Below are positions 38,516-51,800 of a stretch of 64,000 bases of DNA, one piece after another (the stretch's first letter is position 1; every line of letters starts with the position of its first letter). Under the pieces are notes generated by a model. That model saw nothing but the letters and a program-made list of their open reading frames with translations. It did not search any database and had not been told where the DNA came from. Source of the stretch: Takakia lepidozioides (Eukaryota; Plantae; Bryophyta); NCBI GenBank assembly GCA_030704615.1, contig CM060732.1, positions 29,388,001 to 29,452,000 of the forward strand, written 5' to 3'. The position numbers and the translations under genes are program-made.

Positions 38516-39129
38516 TACTATTTTTTGTTTGTATTCTATTTTTTTTTTCTTTTTTTCTTTTTTTCTTTTTTTGAAGGGCTGAACCCCCATCAATTATGTT
38601 TTTTCTTTTTCATTTTTTGGTTGAGGCCATAAATTATTATTAACAGATGAAGAAAACACAACCTCGCGCTACATGCCATGAAGGGTGAGAAAATGGGCAC
38701 TGGCCACTGACTAGAGCTTCAGGGGAGGGTCTAATGGGGACTACATAGAAAGGATGAAGAAGTGTCCAAAAACGGGGAGGAGACAAAGAGACTATAGCAG
38801 AATCTATGGTGGAAGACTGATCAATAATTGCCTTGTTTCCTGTTCGAAGGCTCAAAAGATAACTATACTTTGGATTTTCATTTCCTAAAGCTGTAACATC
38901 TGTAGTCATGCGCACACGAAGAAGAAGTGTCGTGGATTTGCTTGAAAAGATCATGGATCCACCTGTGATAGCGGCTCAACGGGCTGATAGGGATTCCAGC
39001 CCAGTTCGGTTGCTCAACTTGCAAGCGGATCCACTGGAATTGGAGTTATAATCTATAAGTCAAAAATTTCCCTCAAACATTAATTATTTCAATAAAAAAA
39101 ATTGGTCTGGAACGTTCTTGATGATTTGG

Positions 39130-39505
39130 AGCCTGACGGTACAAAAGCCTCTACCCAGGTTTGTTACACTCGTCGATCAGCAACCCGCTGCAACTCCTTG
39201 CTCGTGCCCCACAATGGAGTCTGAGCAACCATGGCAGGCAACTCCGCCATACCATACATGTCATCATGCTCTCCCGGAGGTGACACATCCTCTGAATGAG
39301 TGTTGCCATCCAACAACTCTCCAGGCCAAGTCACTGCAGCTGTGAATGCTGCCAGTGTCGGCATCTTGCCTCGCTGGGCAACCACAACTCCTCCTACGAA
39401 TGTCACGGGGAGCTGCATACACCGGCCCTCCCCTGACTGCTATCCAGGCCTATAGGAAGTTGACTCCTCCCAAAAATCCAGGGTGGAGCCCATGAGGTAC
39501 AACAC
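39130..39505 (-). mobile_element. Second fragment of the protease-DNMT retroelement family (protease end plus linker)
   Basis: Reverse complement aligns by eye with ~52953-53325 (QLPVTFVGGVVVAQRGKMPTLAAFTAAV..DDMYGMAELP). Confidence 0.9.
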
Positions 39506-39794
39506 AATTTAAATGTTAGTTTGTTTTTTGTCGTGCATGCATCATACTGAACAATACAAAAGTATATGATGAGCAAGCCCCTTACCTAAACATGAAGAGG
39601 GAATCTATGTTAGGATTACTGTTGGAAGGTCGTGAAAACGATTGCTCAATTCAACGTAGTCAGTTGCCGGTGATTGTAGTGTAAGATTGTCACAACTTTA
39701 GATTGAAAAAATATATATTGCATGAGGTTGGGAAAAAAAAATGTATGACGCCTCCCGAAGGAAACGTAACTTATGGTGTCTCTCGACCCCACGA

Positions 39795-40065
39795 GGTTGG
39801 ATAAATGATACAACGCCTTTGTTGCTAGATCTTTGGGAGGATAAATATTGGGATCATGGGCGTGGACCTTTTAGAGCAAAAGATTGAACATACATTGTTA
39901 ACATACTTAATGTAGGGTTTCCCAATGTGCCTTATCATTCTTGGAAGCAATGTCGTGACAAGGTGGACAAGCTTAAGGATGTGTATCGAGAAGAAAAACA
40001 AAAATGTGATGCAACAGGTGCTCCTCGGCCTTCTGAGTGGCCATGGTACAAAAAATTTGCACGGC
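39795..40065 (+). pseudogene. Myb/SANT-like (trihelix) DNA-binding domain fragment, Harbinger ORF1-like
   Basis: Manual translation WINDTTPLLLDLWEDKY..RAKD*..SWKQCRDKVDKLKDVYREEK..SEWPWYKKF; the conserved Trp is TGA. Confidence 0.75.
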
Positions 40066-41259
40066 AAACGTGAATGGTGAACCGTGAATTTTGCCCGAGT
40101 TCACCTAACGGATGAGTCGTAGGATTTCATCCGCCCATGTGAATGGTGAGGACGGATGTCCGCCTCCACATCCGCTGGGTCCCACAAGGCTCAATGGATG
40201 ATCAGCCCGCCCCACAGCCAGCCCGCAGCCCTCCCCGCACCCTTATGTGCGTTGTACTTGTGTCTCCAGTTTACATCAAATTCATCTCTTTCCGTTAGAG
40301 AGAATTAGGCACTTAAGGAGCTCCCAACATATTGGGAAGTTATCGTTCTAGGTAATGGTTGATTCTGAGGTTCTGGTGCACATGATACCGAAAGCTGTCA
40401 AAACCAGCGAGAAGCTGTATTTGCCTTCTTAAGTTCTTAATTTCTACACACCTGGGAAAAGCTGCACATAACACAACCCAACCTTACGTGTCTCAGACAG
40501 AACGTCTGACTGATTAACCTTATATGTACGACTTTAATGGAGGGTCTAAAGTCCCCAATGACCCAATAGCACTTGGTTCTCCAGATGTTCCTAAAAATAT
40601 GTGCACGTAGTGACAGTGAATCTTCATCTGTACAACAAAACTACTTGAAATACATCGCATATGGGCTTGATATGTTATCAAACAAGTTACATCCATAGAT
40701 CTTTTTTTCCCACTCTATGGTAGAAGACGACAATTGCTAGTATTGTATGATGGTCAATAAGAGTCTAATGTTAAGAAACAATGGTAGACTACTTTTGCAG
40801 TACAAACTAGATGCACTACACCTAATAACAGTTGTGTTAGATATCTTCAAGGAGTTTGGGAGTTGTTACTAAGCTGTGCAGACTAATGAGACCCAGGCAG
40901 AGATGGAGGGGCTGAGACAAATGAACCCAAATTTCTGGACTTCAAAATCGAGTGACTTCATCATCTTCAGATCCCAAGTCTTTATTTATATGTTTTTAAG
41001 TTTTTCCCCAAGTTGTGGTGCTGTATAGAAGGATTAATGCCTAGGAATGTCAAACTATTTGAATTTCATTAAGGTGTCCGTCTTCCAAGACAGTGGACCC
41101 TGTCATGGGTGAAATAGGCATCATATAATTTATGCTTGCTTGGGCAGGAGTCCACCCTAAATTTCCTTACAACAAGTTAGGAAACATAAGTTGGGTGTTC
41201 CTTTCAATTTCCTAACTTACTTTTGGAAAGGTGGGGGAAGTATAGGAAACTGTTAACTC

Positions 41260-42724
41260 TCAAGCTGCTGCTGCAGCATTTTCATCAGGGGGTTTGGACC
41301 CTTCCTTTCTCTTGGCTTTCTTGGCCTGATAATCTTTCACAGCTGCCTTGATTGCATCTTCAGCAAGCATGCTGCAGTGCAGTTTCACAGGTGGGAGCGA
41401 GAGGTGCTTGGCAATGTCACTGGAATATACCACATGAATTCAGATAAAGAAAAATCTAATGTCAACTAATTTTTTTGCAGCCTTGAACGCTTACAAAATC
41501 ATGGTTCTCATCACTCGTGCATGAAAGTGGGTGCACCTTTTGGAGCTGCAGATCTTCTCAACTAGTGCAAGACTGGGTAAAATAGATATTAGAACTAGAG
41601 TTGCAAACTCTAGTTTTTCGAGTTTGAACTAAACTAAAACAATTGCAGATCGCAAGGAGCTTCTGGAGCATTCTCTTCTAGAAAAGTTAATTATATTCCC
41701 ACCTAAAATGCATACAAATCAACAAGTAAGATGGAGTTGTGCCATAGGCTCGGATTTTTGCATTCCCTCATTCCCTCTGGAAGTTACTTTTTCTCTGGTA
41801 TTTTTCCCTGTTGTTGAGGTTGCAGAGGAATTCCAATGGGAAAAAAGTATATATCCTATGATGGCAACACATGAAACTATCCGAAAGCTCCTTGTGAGAG
41901 AACATAGAAAGTTTGAGACAATCCACCCCTCCAGTCTGGGAACTATTTCTCATTCATGGCATATATCATTCATGATTAACAAATCAAAGGGCATGTCACA
42001 CAGTGTGCAATCAACTACAAGTTGTGACCAGCTATGGGTAGTGTTGCAATGGAACCTTGTTCCAGCATGAAATCCACCTTTGGGAATGTAAGGTTCACCT
42101 TACCTATTCTTTATCGTTAATACTTCTTCCATTTGCCTCCCCTTTATCCACTCGGTCGCTGCACGGAATAGGGGGTAATTTACTGAGCTAATCATGAGTG
42201 CATAGGAGCAAATAATTACATGATCTATCAAGGAAGCACAATTCTTTGAACATCAAGATTGTCACACAACTCACACCACACAGTAAGTATCTAGAATGTT
42301 GCGTCTCTTTAATTTACCTAGCAAAACTACTATTATACATGTGTGTCTTAGGCCGTGAATGAGTGACGGGAAACTATGAACATGATAGGTGTTTGCCTGT
42401 CGGTAAGATGTTTGTGTAGTTACCAACAGAGGATGAAGCAATGGCAGACCCGCACCCAAAGGTTTTGAAGCAGGAATCTACTATCGTTCCAGTAGCTTCA
42501 TCCACCTTGATCTGCACCTTCATTACATCCCCACAAGTTGGAGCTCCAACCAACCCTGTCCCCACGTTTGGATCATCCTTATCAAAGGATCCAACATTGC
42601 GAGGGTTGTTGAAGTGCTCTACCACCTTTTCGTGGTACATTTTTGGCGCCAATGAGACATTCCCTTTCTGAAGAGAAGCAATAGTCGCCGTTCTTGTCAT
42701 CCCTCTTCCAAAGAAACTTAACAT
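41260..42724 (-). CDS. ISU1: Mitochondrial iron-sulfur cluster scaffold protein (IscU/ISU), 3 exons: 42724-42424, 42158-42104, 41419-41260
   Basis: YHEKVVEHFNNPRNVGS, GAPTCGDVM, FKTFGCGSAIASSS, ATEWIKG, LPPVKLHCSMLAEDAIKAA; phase-consistent GT-AG introns; N-terminal transit-like peptide; no lesions seen. Confidence 0.95.
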
Positions 42725-43296
42725 CGTTTTTAAATAAGGATGCTTGATACAAACGACTTGCGTTGATCAGGACGACCCTCCTTGAAGGTTAAGTACAATC
42801 AAAAGAGTGAAAGATAACCACTTGGATCTGAACTTTCCAAGAAAATATCTAAGCTTCTTGAAAACGGAACTAATTCTTTGGACAATATTTCTCAAACACG
42901 CTCATACACAACCCATCAAGGTGACCCGACACTCATCGACAAGAATCCCCCCTAACTCTGAATATTTTTTCTTCAAAAAGGGAGGGAATTTGGAGGTCAC
43001 AAATCCATATGCTCTTGAAGCTGCAACCTCTTGATAAAATCGAACCAGCTTCTATCATGAAACTTCAAATTAGAAGTTCCAAAACAAATTAAAGAAAGCT
43101 AAGAAACCAAATTTAAGATCCCACTACAAACCCAATATCCTAAAGAAACTAACGCAATCAAATGACCTCAATTCCACACTCTACACAGGTTTGGGTGTGT
43201 GATTTCTACTAGAGAAGAAAAGATCACATCCATGACTATCACTCTATCTGATGTCGGTTGAAGCCACCAACGGATGTGTCCTTTCAAATTTGAACT

Positions 43297-44449
43297 TGTT
43301 GGAAATCAATTCTAACATCAACATGTCATATGGTGAATCTTGAAGGGGCACAACTCTTAGACAAAGAGTTGTGATCCTTGTGATGTAGACCTATTGGTTG
43401 TATCAATAGTCACAACTGTTCATATGTCTTAAAGTGAGCATACGCTCACTATTGTAACATCTTCTTCATTATCAGTTACAAATCACTCTCTTTAGAACTC
43501 CATAAATTTAACATGGTATCAAAGCTAGTGCTCAACCAATCCATAGATATCTAATGAGAGTTAACTTAAGATTGTCGTGCCAGTATTATAATACTAGTAG
43601 ATATGATAGTATTATAACTATCAAATAAGATCTGTCTTCATGATCTAAAAACATATTATATATAAAATCAAACTTTGCATCAATATAGTATACTATGATG
43701 AACAAATTATTATTAGGCAAAGAAGCCCACATTCGGAATATTCATGGTGAACAACATATAAATCAGTCATGGAAACAATTGAATTTAGTCATTTCAAGCA
43801 TTTTGAAGTGTCATTCAAGCATGTAACAATTTACGTTGTTAACGATGTTTGGAGTTCCAACAAATTTGTTTCAGAACCTTCATAGAGTTATGTCATGCGA
43901 CAATAACTTAAATAAGAGATTTAAGGTGTCATCCCAACAGCACCACTATTGGTGCATTTGAACTTCAAATGAGCAATTTCTCCAACGAGAACTTCTATTT
44001 GAAAATCAGGCTGTCTTTAAAGTGATAACAAACTAGTCATGACGACGACTTCCACTTTGACGTAGTCTCAGTTTGACCAAGGGAAATGGAGCATATGCTA
44101 GTGGATGTTGGCCAACGCCAACAACTCTATACATCTCATTTTAAAATTATGTGAATATGCTTTAATAACATTGTTGGACAAAAATAGGGCCTTCATAATT
44201 TAGACTCTTGAATGTTGTCATTGAGGAAAGGTGTTGGAAGTCAATTGTAACATTCAACATGTCATATGGTGAATCTTGTAGGGACACAACTCTTAAACAA
44301 AGAGTTGTGATCCATGTGACTTAGACCTATTGGTTGTATCAATAGTCACAACTGTTCATATGTCTTAAAGTGAGCACACGCTCACTATTGTAACATCTTT
44401 TTCATTATCAATTACAAATCATTCTATTTAGAACTCCATAAATCTAACA
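43297..44449 (+). mobile_element. Miniature Copia-derived LTR element (TRIM-like or internally deleted)
   Basis: ~217-bp direct repeats 43297-43513 and 44232-44449 (TG...CA); PBS TGGTATCAAAGC at 43514; PPT TGAGGAAAGG before the 3' LTR. No matching TSD (GAACT vs CCATT). Confidence 0.85.
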
Positions 44450-45429
44450 CCATTGTACAGTAGCAATGGATGGAACTCCTAGTCTTCATCCTCAAGTGAT
44501 TTGAGTTCAATTGATGTGTTGATCGCATCAGAGCGGATTTCGCTCTAGGTATGCCAAGTCCATACGTCCATACTGTAGATTAGAGAATTGACATTTGGTA
44601 GCTCAACCTCCTATGGGACTGTTGGGCAACTGAAGTCATAGGAGAAAATTAGAAATCAGGACTTACACCTTGTAATAATTGACTCTGGGGGCTTCAGCGT
44701 CACATGTAGAGGTCTAGTGGATTTCAGAGACCTCTAGCCTTCAAAGATCTGATCGCTTCTTGTAGTAGAATGTGCAAGAGAATCCTGGCAGTCCGCTCGT
44801 AATCACAGCTACAGATTGGCTTGAATTTCATGCATGTCCACAAAAACTAGAAATTCTCTGAAGCGAGGATTAAAGCAATCATACGAACATTGCAAGAAAT
44901 GTGAAGTTGTGAGTATGGGCTGGTAAAATGAAAGCATAGACCACACTCAGACGTCCACAAGGTACGCACATCGAACACCTTAGCATCCTTTTGCCTTATG
45001 CTATACTTCTGCCGTCCTCTCCGAGTCTCTATCCATTTTGAGCTGCATCCGGGTGGCTGTCAGAGACAAATCCAAATCTCCAGACTACATACATTAAGAG
45101 TGCACTTCGGAGGTCCTTTCGATTCAGGAAATCCTGTGTCATGGCAATTGGCTTTCTTTCACCCAATGAGGATTCAACTGGTTGAATGGGAGGATATCAT
45201 AGTGCGGGTTTACTTGTGATTTGGATGGTAGAAGCTTGAAGGTGAAACTGAGTAGATTGATAGAAACTATGACAGTAAGTCAATAAGCCACCTGCAGCTC
45301 AAGGTGGTGATCTAACAGATGGTTGAACAAATGTAGAGAGAAAACTTAAGTACCTAAGAAGAAGCCTCCAGAAGAGAAGGAGAAACTTCTAGAAGACTCA
45401 GCTATGTCTGTCACATATTAATTATACTA

Positions 45430-45850
45430 GGGTAGCCTGTGTTGTTGGCCTAAGTGTCCAGTGTCATCTAAGTCCAAGTACAATCCCCTATGTATCTAGA
45501 GACCCTTATATTTAGGAGATCTAGGCCTAGGGTAGCCTGTGCCATTGGCCTATGTGTTAAGAATTGAAATCTCAGTCCAAGTGCAGTCCCCTATGTATTC
45601 AAGTAGCGTCTTCTATGTCAAGGCCCATGTGTGAAGAATTGAAATCTAAGCCCAAGTGCAATTTCTTATATATCCAAGTGGGTCTCATATGGCAAGGCCC
45701 AAGTGCGACCTCTAGCATAGTCTAAGCCATTGGCCCATGTGTGAAGAATTGAAATCTAAGCCCAAGTGCAATCTTCTATTCATGTAAAGTGCATCTCCCA
45801 TGTACAGGCCCAAGTGTCCAGTGTCATCTAAGTCCAAGTGCAATCCCATA
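45430..45850. repeat. Degenerate tandem repeat region (CCAAGTGC / GAATTGAAATCT units)
   Basis: Recurrent GGCCCAAGTG, AGTCCAAGT and AAGAATTGAAATCT segments. Confidence 0.7.
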
Positions 45851-46149
45851 TCTAATATATTTTTTTTTTCCAGAGAGCCTACGACCAGATTTGAACCGGA
45901 GACCTTTCCCTTGATATCTCTCCCGTCGAGGCTCCAACCAGTGTCCCATGAATGCCCACTTTGCCATTTTTGCTTATTTTTGTGAATTTCCAGCGACCAA
46001 AAGTACTTGGAATTCCGTATCTCCCACACCGCAGGTCCAAAAATCATGAGACCAAGCCGGTGCACCCCTCCTTGTCGAGGGCTTTCCAATGGTATCGAGC
46101 ACCAGCATTGGGGCCTTGCGGTTTGGGATGGTACGGATTCATTCGCGGT

Positions 46150-47500
46150 TTGGGATGCTTGACATCCCGGTTTGGTATGGTATGAATGCTTTTACCAAGC
46201 ATGGGTGTGGTATGAATGCTTTGGAGACCTATGAGCAAATGATGGGGAAAGGGTGGAAGCCCGACCACATCGTGCATTTGTGTGCGTTTGCAGTGCATAT
46301 GCAAGCCTGGCAGCCCTGGAAAAGGGCAAGGGCAAAGAGGTGCATGGCGACATCGTCAGAGCTGGAATCGTACCAGATGTGATCCTGAACAATACCCTGG
46401 TGGACATGTATGCCAAATGTGGGAGCATCGAGCATGCAAAGGGAGTGTTCGACAATATGGCGGAACGAGATGCGGTGTCGTGGAGTGCGATGCTCGCAGG
46501 ATATGCACAACAGGGGCGCGAGATGGAGGCTTTGGAGACGTATGAGCAAATGATGTGCAAAGGGGTGAAACCCAACCGCAACACGTGTGTGTGCGTTTGC
46601 AATGCATGTGCAAGCGTGGCAGCCCTGGAAAAGGGCAAAGAGGTGCATGGCGACATCGTCAGAGCTGGAATCGTACCAGATCTGATCCTGAACAATACCC
46701 TGGTGGAAAATAGGAATAGAGTGTGTGTACATAATCATCCAAGAGGGCCAGATTTCAAGCACAAGATCACCTATGATTCCCTGTGGAAATAGCTACAAGA
46801 AACCTGCATGGGTAGATGGTCAACTAAAGGCAGCAGCTGCAGCGGCACAGTTGATAAAATCAGGCACCTCAACCATGACCACAGCCTCTGGAAGAGGATC
46901 AAGAGAGGGAGTCCACAATGCCTCTTCTGGCACTTCTGAGCATGTGAAGATGCTTTGTGAGGCAGGCAGAGTGAAAGAGGCTCTACAGACTTTAAACCAA
47001 GGAGGCATTTCAGCAGATTCAGAAACGTATGTCTGTCTCTTACATAAGTGCATCAAGGTGAAAGGCCTGGAAGCTGGAAAGTAGGTGCACACTCACATGA
47101 TCCAAAGTGGATTCACGCCAAATGTTTTTCTCCTCAGCACCCTTGTCAACATGTATGTTAAGTGCGGGAGCATCATGGATGCTCACCAAGTGTTCAACAG
47201 AATGCCTCAACGATCTTTGATCACATGGAATATAATGTTGGCAGGATTTACCAAGCATGGGTGTGGTATGAATGCTTTGGAGACCTATGAGCAAATGATG
47301 GGGGAAGGGGTGAAGCCCGACCACATCACGTTTGTGTGCATTTGCAGTGCGTGTGCAAGCCTGGCAGCCCTGGAAAAAGGCAAGGGCAAAGAGGTGCATG
47401 GCGACATCGTCAGAGCTGGAATCGTACCAGATGTGATCCTGAACAATACCCTAGTGGACATGTATGTCAAATGTGGGAGCATCGAGCATGCAAAGGTCCC
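46150..47500 (+). pseudogene. Rearranged PLS-class pentatricopeptide repeat (PPR) gene fragments
   Basis: NTLVDMYAKCGSIEHAKGVFDNMAERDAVSWSAMLAGYAQQG and GKEVHGDIV repeats, with internal duplication, a frameshift and a stop at 47082. Confidence 0.88.
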
Positions 47501-48094
47501 AACATGTATAGTTAAAGCTCTATCTGTCCCATTTGGGTGGAAGGAGATCGGCAGAGTCTGATTTAACTGTTGAATTAGTGACTGGATTGTTGGCTCATAA
47601 GGGTATGTTGTGATCGTTTCACGAGTTGTTGAATATCTGCTGTTCAGTCAAATCACACAATTTGTGTACTGCTTTCCCTCTCATATTTACGACATTTACC
47701 ACAGATTTCCCCAACTGAATGTAGTTTGAAGGATGGCTGGAAGAGAGAGGGTAGGAGGAGAGCCAGGAAGAGACAATAAGGCAAAGTATATCTAGATAAC
47801 CCACTTGTAAACAATGTCCATGCTAGGTGTGAATTTTTTGCACCATTAGCAAGTGATACGCATCAATTGTAGAGACACGAACAGTCTTATAAAGTAGTCA
47901 GTAAGGCTTTTAATGAATAACACAATTCTGTTGCACTCGATCACACAACAGTCATGGTTCATGCAACCCTCTGTACAAATAGGTGCACCTAATGGCGATT
48001 TTATGATGAGCAACTGAAGGAACTTTGTTGACCAGGATGTGTGTTTCCTTCAAAAGTCAGTGCGGAAGGAGAATTTCATGTTAGCACCTGCTCC

Positions 48095-48445
48095 TCCATT
48101 GCAGGAAAAATAACAAGTCTGGACCTTGGGAACAACAATATAAAGCCTAAAGGAAAGTTCCATGTGGCAGAATACATTAAAAAGAGCAAAATCTTGCAAT
48201 GGTTGAATTTGTACGTGAATGACATTGATGAATAAGTTCAACCTCTAATCCTTTCCAAAACCTTCAGAATACTTGGGACTCACATTATTATCACATTTCA
48301 ACCACAATCTTGATTCCTTCCTCATCATTTTATTCATTATTGAAATAGAAATTATGTGCTTTCACTCTGTAGTGTACTCCAGAAAGTAAAGATGTTAAGA
48401 TTTGTTTGGTTTCATTTTCCAGGGCGCGAGAGAGTAGCTGAAGAG
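48095..48445 (+). pseudogene. Isolated exon(s) of an RNI-like leucine-rich repeat gene
   Basis: KITSLDLGNNNIKPKG.FHVAEYIKKSK.L.WLNLY.NDI, then an AG acceptor at ~48421 and a short GA..VAE exon start. Confidence 0.6.
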
Positions 48446-48899
48446 GAGAGGAAGCTTGGTCACATAATACTCGGGACTGACACATGAGCAGTGGTAGTAG
48501 TACATTTTTTTAGAATTTTCTGATATTGAATGTCATGAGTGGAAACTTATGGTTGTGGGGTGGGGTGATGGTTCAGGCAGCAAATCGTCCGTTGAACGTG
48601 CCACTGTGAAGGTGTCAAGACTGATTATATCAATATCAAAATCAATTTTATCAAGATCAATATCAACATCATTATCATTATCATTACCATTATCAAGACA
48701 AATGATTTTTTTCAAAGACATTTGTTTTTATCAAGCCGAATGATTTTTATTAGAAACAATTGTTTTTATCAAGACAAATGAGTTTTAACTATTTCCGTTA
48801 AAATTTCAGATAGACCTATACAGTCATTATTTATTTTATCAAAAGGCTCATGTCCACAGAAAATACAATTACTTATTTGTGAAACATATTTCCAGATGT

Positions 48900-51800
48900 A
48901 TATAACTCCAAATGAAAATGGAAAAAGAAATTGCTAAGAGACGGAGAAAGTATGCTTTAAATAAAGAGAAACTAAATAATGAGCGACGGAAAAGATGTAA
49001 ATCTCAACCGACTCCCGATCCAGACAAAACAAATGCCAAACGAAGGGAAAAATACAGATTTGAACATCCACCACAAACCACGGAAATAAATCTAGACAAA
49101 ACAAATGCTATACGAAGGGAAAAAATATAGATTTGAACATCCACCACAAACCACGGAAATAGACCCAGACGAAACAAATGCTAAACGAAGGGGAAAATAC
49201 AGATTTGAACATCCACCACCAACCACGGAAATAGAATTTCAACCCACTCCTGATCCAGACGAAACAAATAGTAAACGAAGGGAAAAATATAGATTCGAAC
49301 ATCCACCGCAAACCATGGAAATAGAATTTCAACCCAGTCCACGAAACAAATACTAAACGACGGGAAAAATACAGATTCGAACATCCACAAGAAATCACGG
49401 AAATAGATCCAGACAAAACAAATGCTAAACGAAAGACAAAATATGCATTCCAAAAAAACCAAGATTCATTGTTCAAAGATAAAATATGTGTTGCACAATT
49501 TCAGAAATATATTACAAACGAAAATGAAGAGAAGGAAAAACTCAAAAGAAAACGACAACAAATGTATAGCACTCTTGCGAAAAACCCAAAGAACGATCAT
49601 GAGTTCCCACCAAAAATATGCCTGGAGAACAACTTGTTTTGTTTATCCAACTTCAACAAATACATTAGTAATGCAACTTTCACCAATCTGTATTGTTGTG
49701 TTTGCAGCAGAGACATATCAACCTCCAACATGTTGAAATGGAGAATCGATGAATTACCCAGTGAGATCTTGAAGCACATGAAAAGGTGGCTCAGCCTATA
49801 AGTAGAAAGCCACTTCGAAGAACATATTCTCCTATAAGAGGTTCCCCAAGAATTGATCAATGACACAAAACATCAGTTGGACGAATTAAATGGGTTGTTA
49901 TTGGACAAACGAGGAGTATCAAATACTGCACGTACCATCTTCATTTGTAAAACCTGCAGTTCCACCTTGAAAATTAACATGATGCCAAAGTTTGCACTCG
50001 CTAACGATTTATGGATCGGAAAAGTTCACAACATTTTGCCAAAGTTAACCATGGTTGAAGAAGCATTAATAGCAAGATACCATTGTCGTGTGATGTTGTT
50101 CAAATTACGATATGTAAACAAGGGCGGATTGAGAGGAAATTTGGCGAGTTTTGCTCAAAATCCAGGTCGTGCGGTTGAATTGCTTAACAAATTGCGACAA
50201 CCCTTAGATTCATTATCCGATATTGTCGCCGTCCACTTTGTCGGCATTTCACATCCACCCGTTGACGTTGTGAAAACATGTAATTTGTCATACGTACATA
50301 GACTTGCAGTGACAACATGGTTAACATGGCTGAAAAACAATCACACGGGTTACAAAGACATTCAAATTGATAACGACATATTGGATAGACTACCCCACGA
50401 TATTCCACCATCAATCTTGAGATCGGTGTTTGCATCCACAGATATTGACTTCGCCAACGCTGAACATCGTATCAACATAACGGACTTGCATAACAAAAAA
50501 ATATCAATCAACAAAGACGACGATACGATCCAACCCGTCATAGACACCTCTGGACTCATCGAATTTGACGGAATAGACATAAAGTACGACGATCTAATCT
50601 CCAACGCTTTAAATGGATTGCAACTACAACAAAATATGTACATTTCATACACGCAGAAACCAAAATGATGAACGAATACACAAACCCAAAACTGATCGCG
50701 TGAATGTTTCCAACGTTATTTCCGTTTGAAATCGGCGTAACCAAAAAAAAAAAACCGTCCAATTAAAGTAATTTTGGAGGCCCACGTTGAGTATTTAATG
50801 AGTCTGACTGATATCCATCACGACTTTTCGAAACACCACTTATTTCTATTTTTCATGTTCAATCTAATGCAACGTAGATAAATATGCCTGGGCGCAAAAT
50901 TGACAGTGTCGAGATCGGCATTTCAAAGTGAAACACAACTCCTTAACAATATCCGTTCAGAAGACTTCAACGAAATAATAGACGACGTGAAAACAATAAA
51001 CAACAAACCGGAAATACAAAAGTTATTGCGGTACTTAAAAGTATCAAGTAAACACGTGATGGCATCTGGAAGTAGTCGCGCAACACAAAGGAACGAAAAA
51101 TTCAGCATGATGCAACAATTGAGAACACCGAGCTTATTCTTCACTTTGAATCCAACATTCGTACATCATCATTTCGTGTCGCTGCTAAGTGGAAACGACA
51201 TCGATCTTGACATTTTTTTCGACGTCAACCTCCTGGACCACAATGAAAGGCGTGCAATTGTTGATCTCAAGCTAAATTTGTAGACATCATGGTCAATGGA
51301 GTTTTTAAATACCTCATGCGTGTCAGAGAGACTGCCCAAACCACCACAACAAATACATGAGTACTTGGAAACATAAACGCTTATTACGGTTGTTACGAAA
51401 CGGCAAAAAATGGTTCACTTCACATACACACATGGCTATGGCTAGAAAATGCCCCAGATCCAAAACGACCTCGTACAAAAACTAAAAGACGACGAAGAAT
51501 TCAAACGCAAAATGTTGGCATATTTGGACAATATCATAGTATGTGATTTGGTCCAATTCAAATCCGAAATACCAATCGACGACGATATTCCACCCACAAC
51601 AATTGACCCCAACAGCGAAGAAAATAATGTAAACACCGAAATCTATCCTTGTACTACTAGACCTCCCGATGTTCACTCTAAAAAATCTCATGCTGACTTT
51701 GCGCGTGACGTTTCAAAACTGCTGAATGTATGCGATCGCCACGTTTGCAATCCCGCGTGCTACAAAACCAACGAAGATGTTTAAAAAAAGAATTGTAGAT

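Noticed and set aside
38520-39050. LINE 3' end with poly(A) on the minus strand
   Set aside because: T-rich tract present, but no diagnostic RT or zinc-finger motif was recognised.
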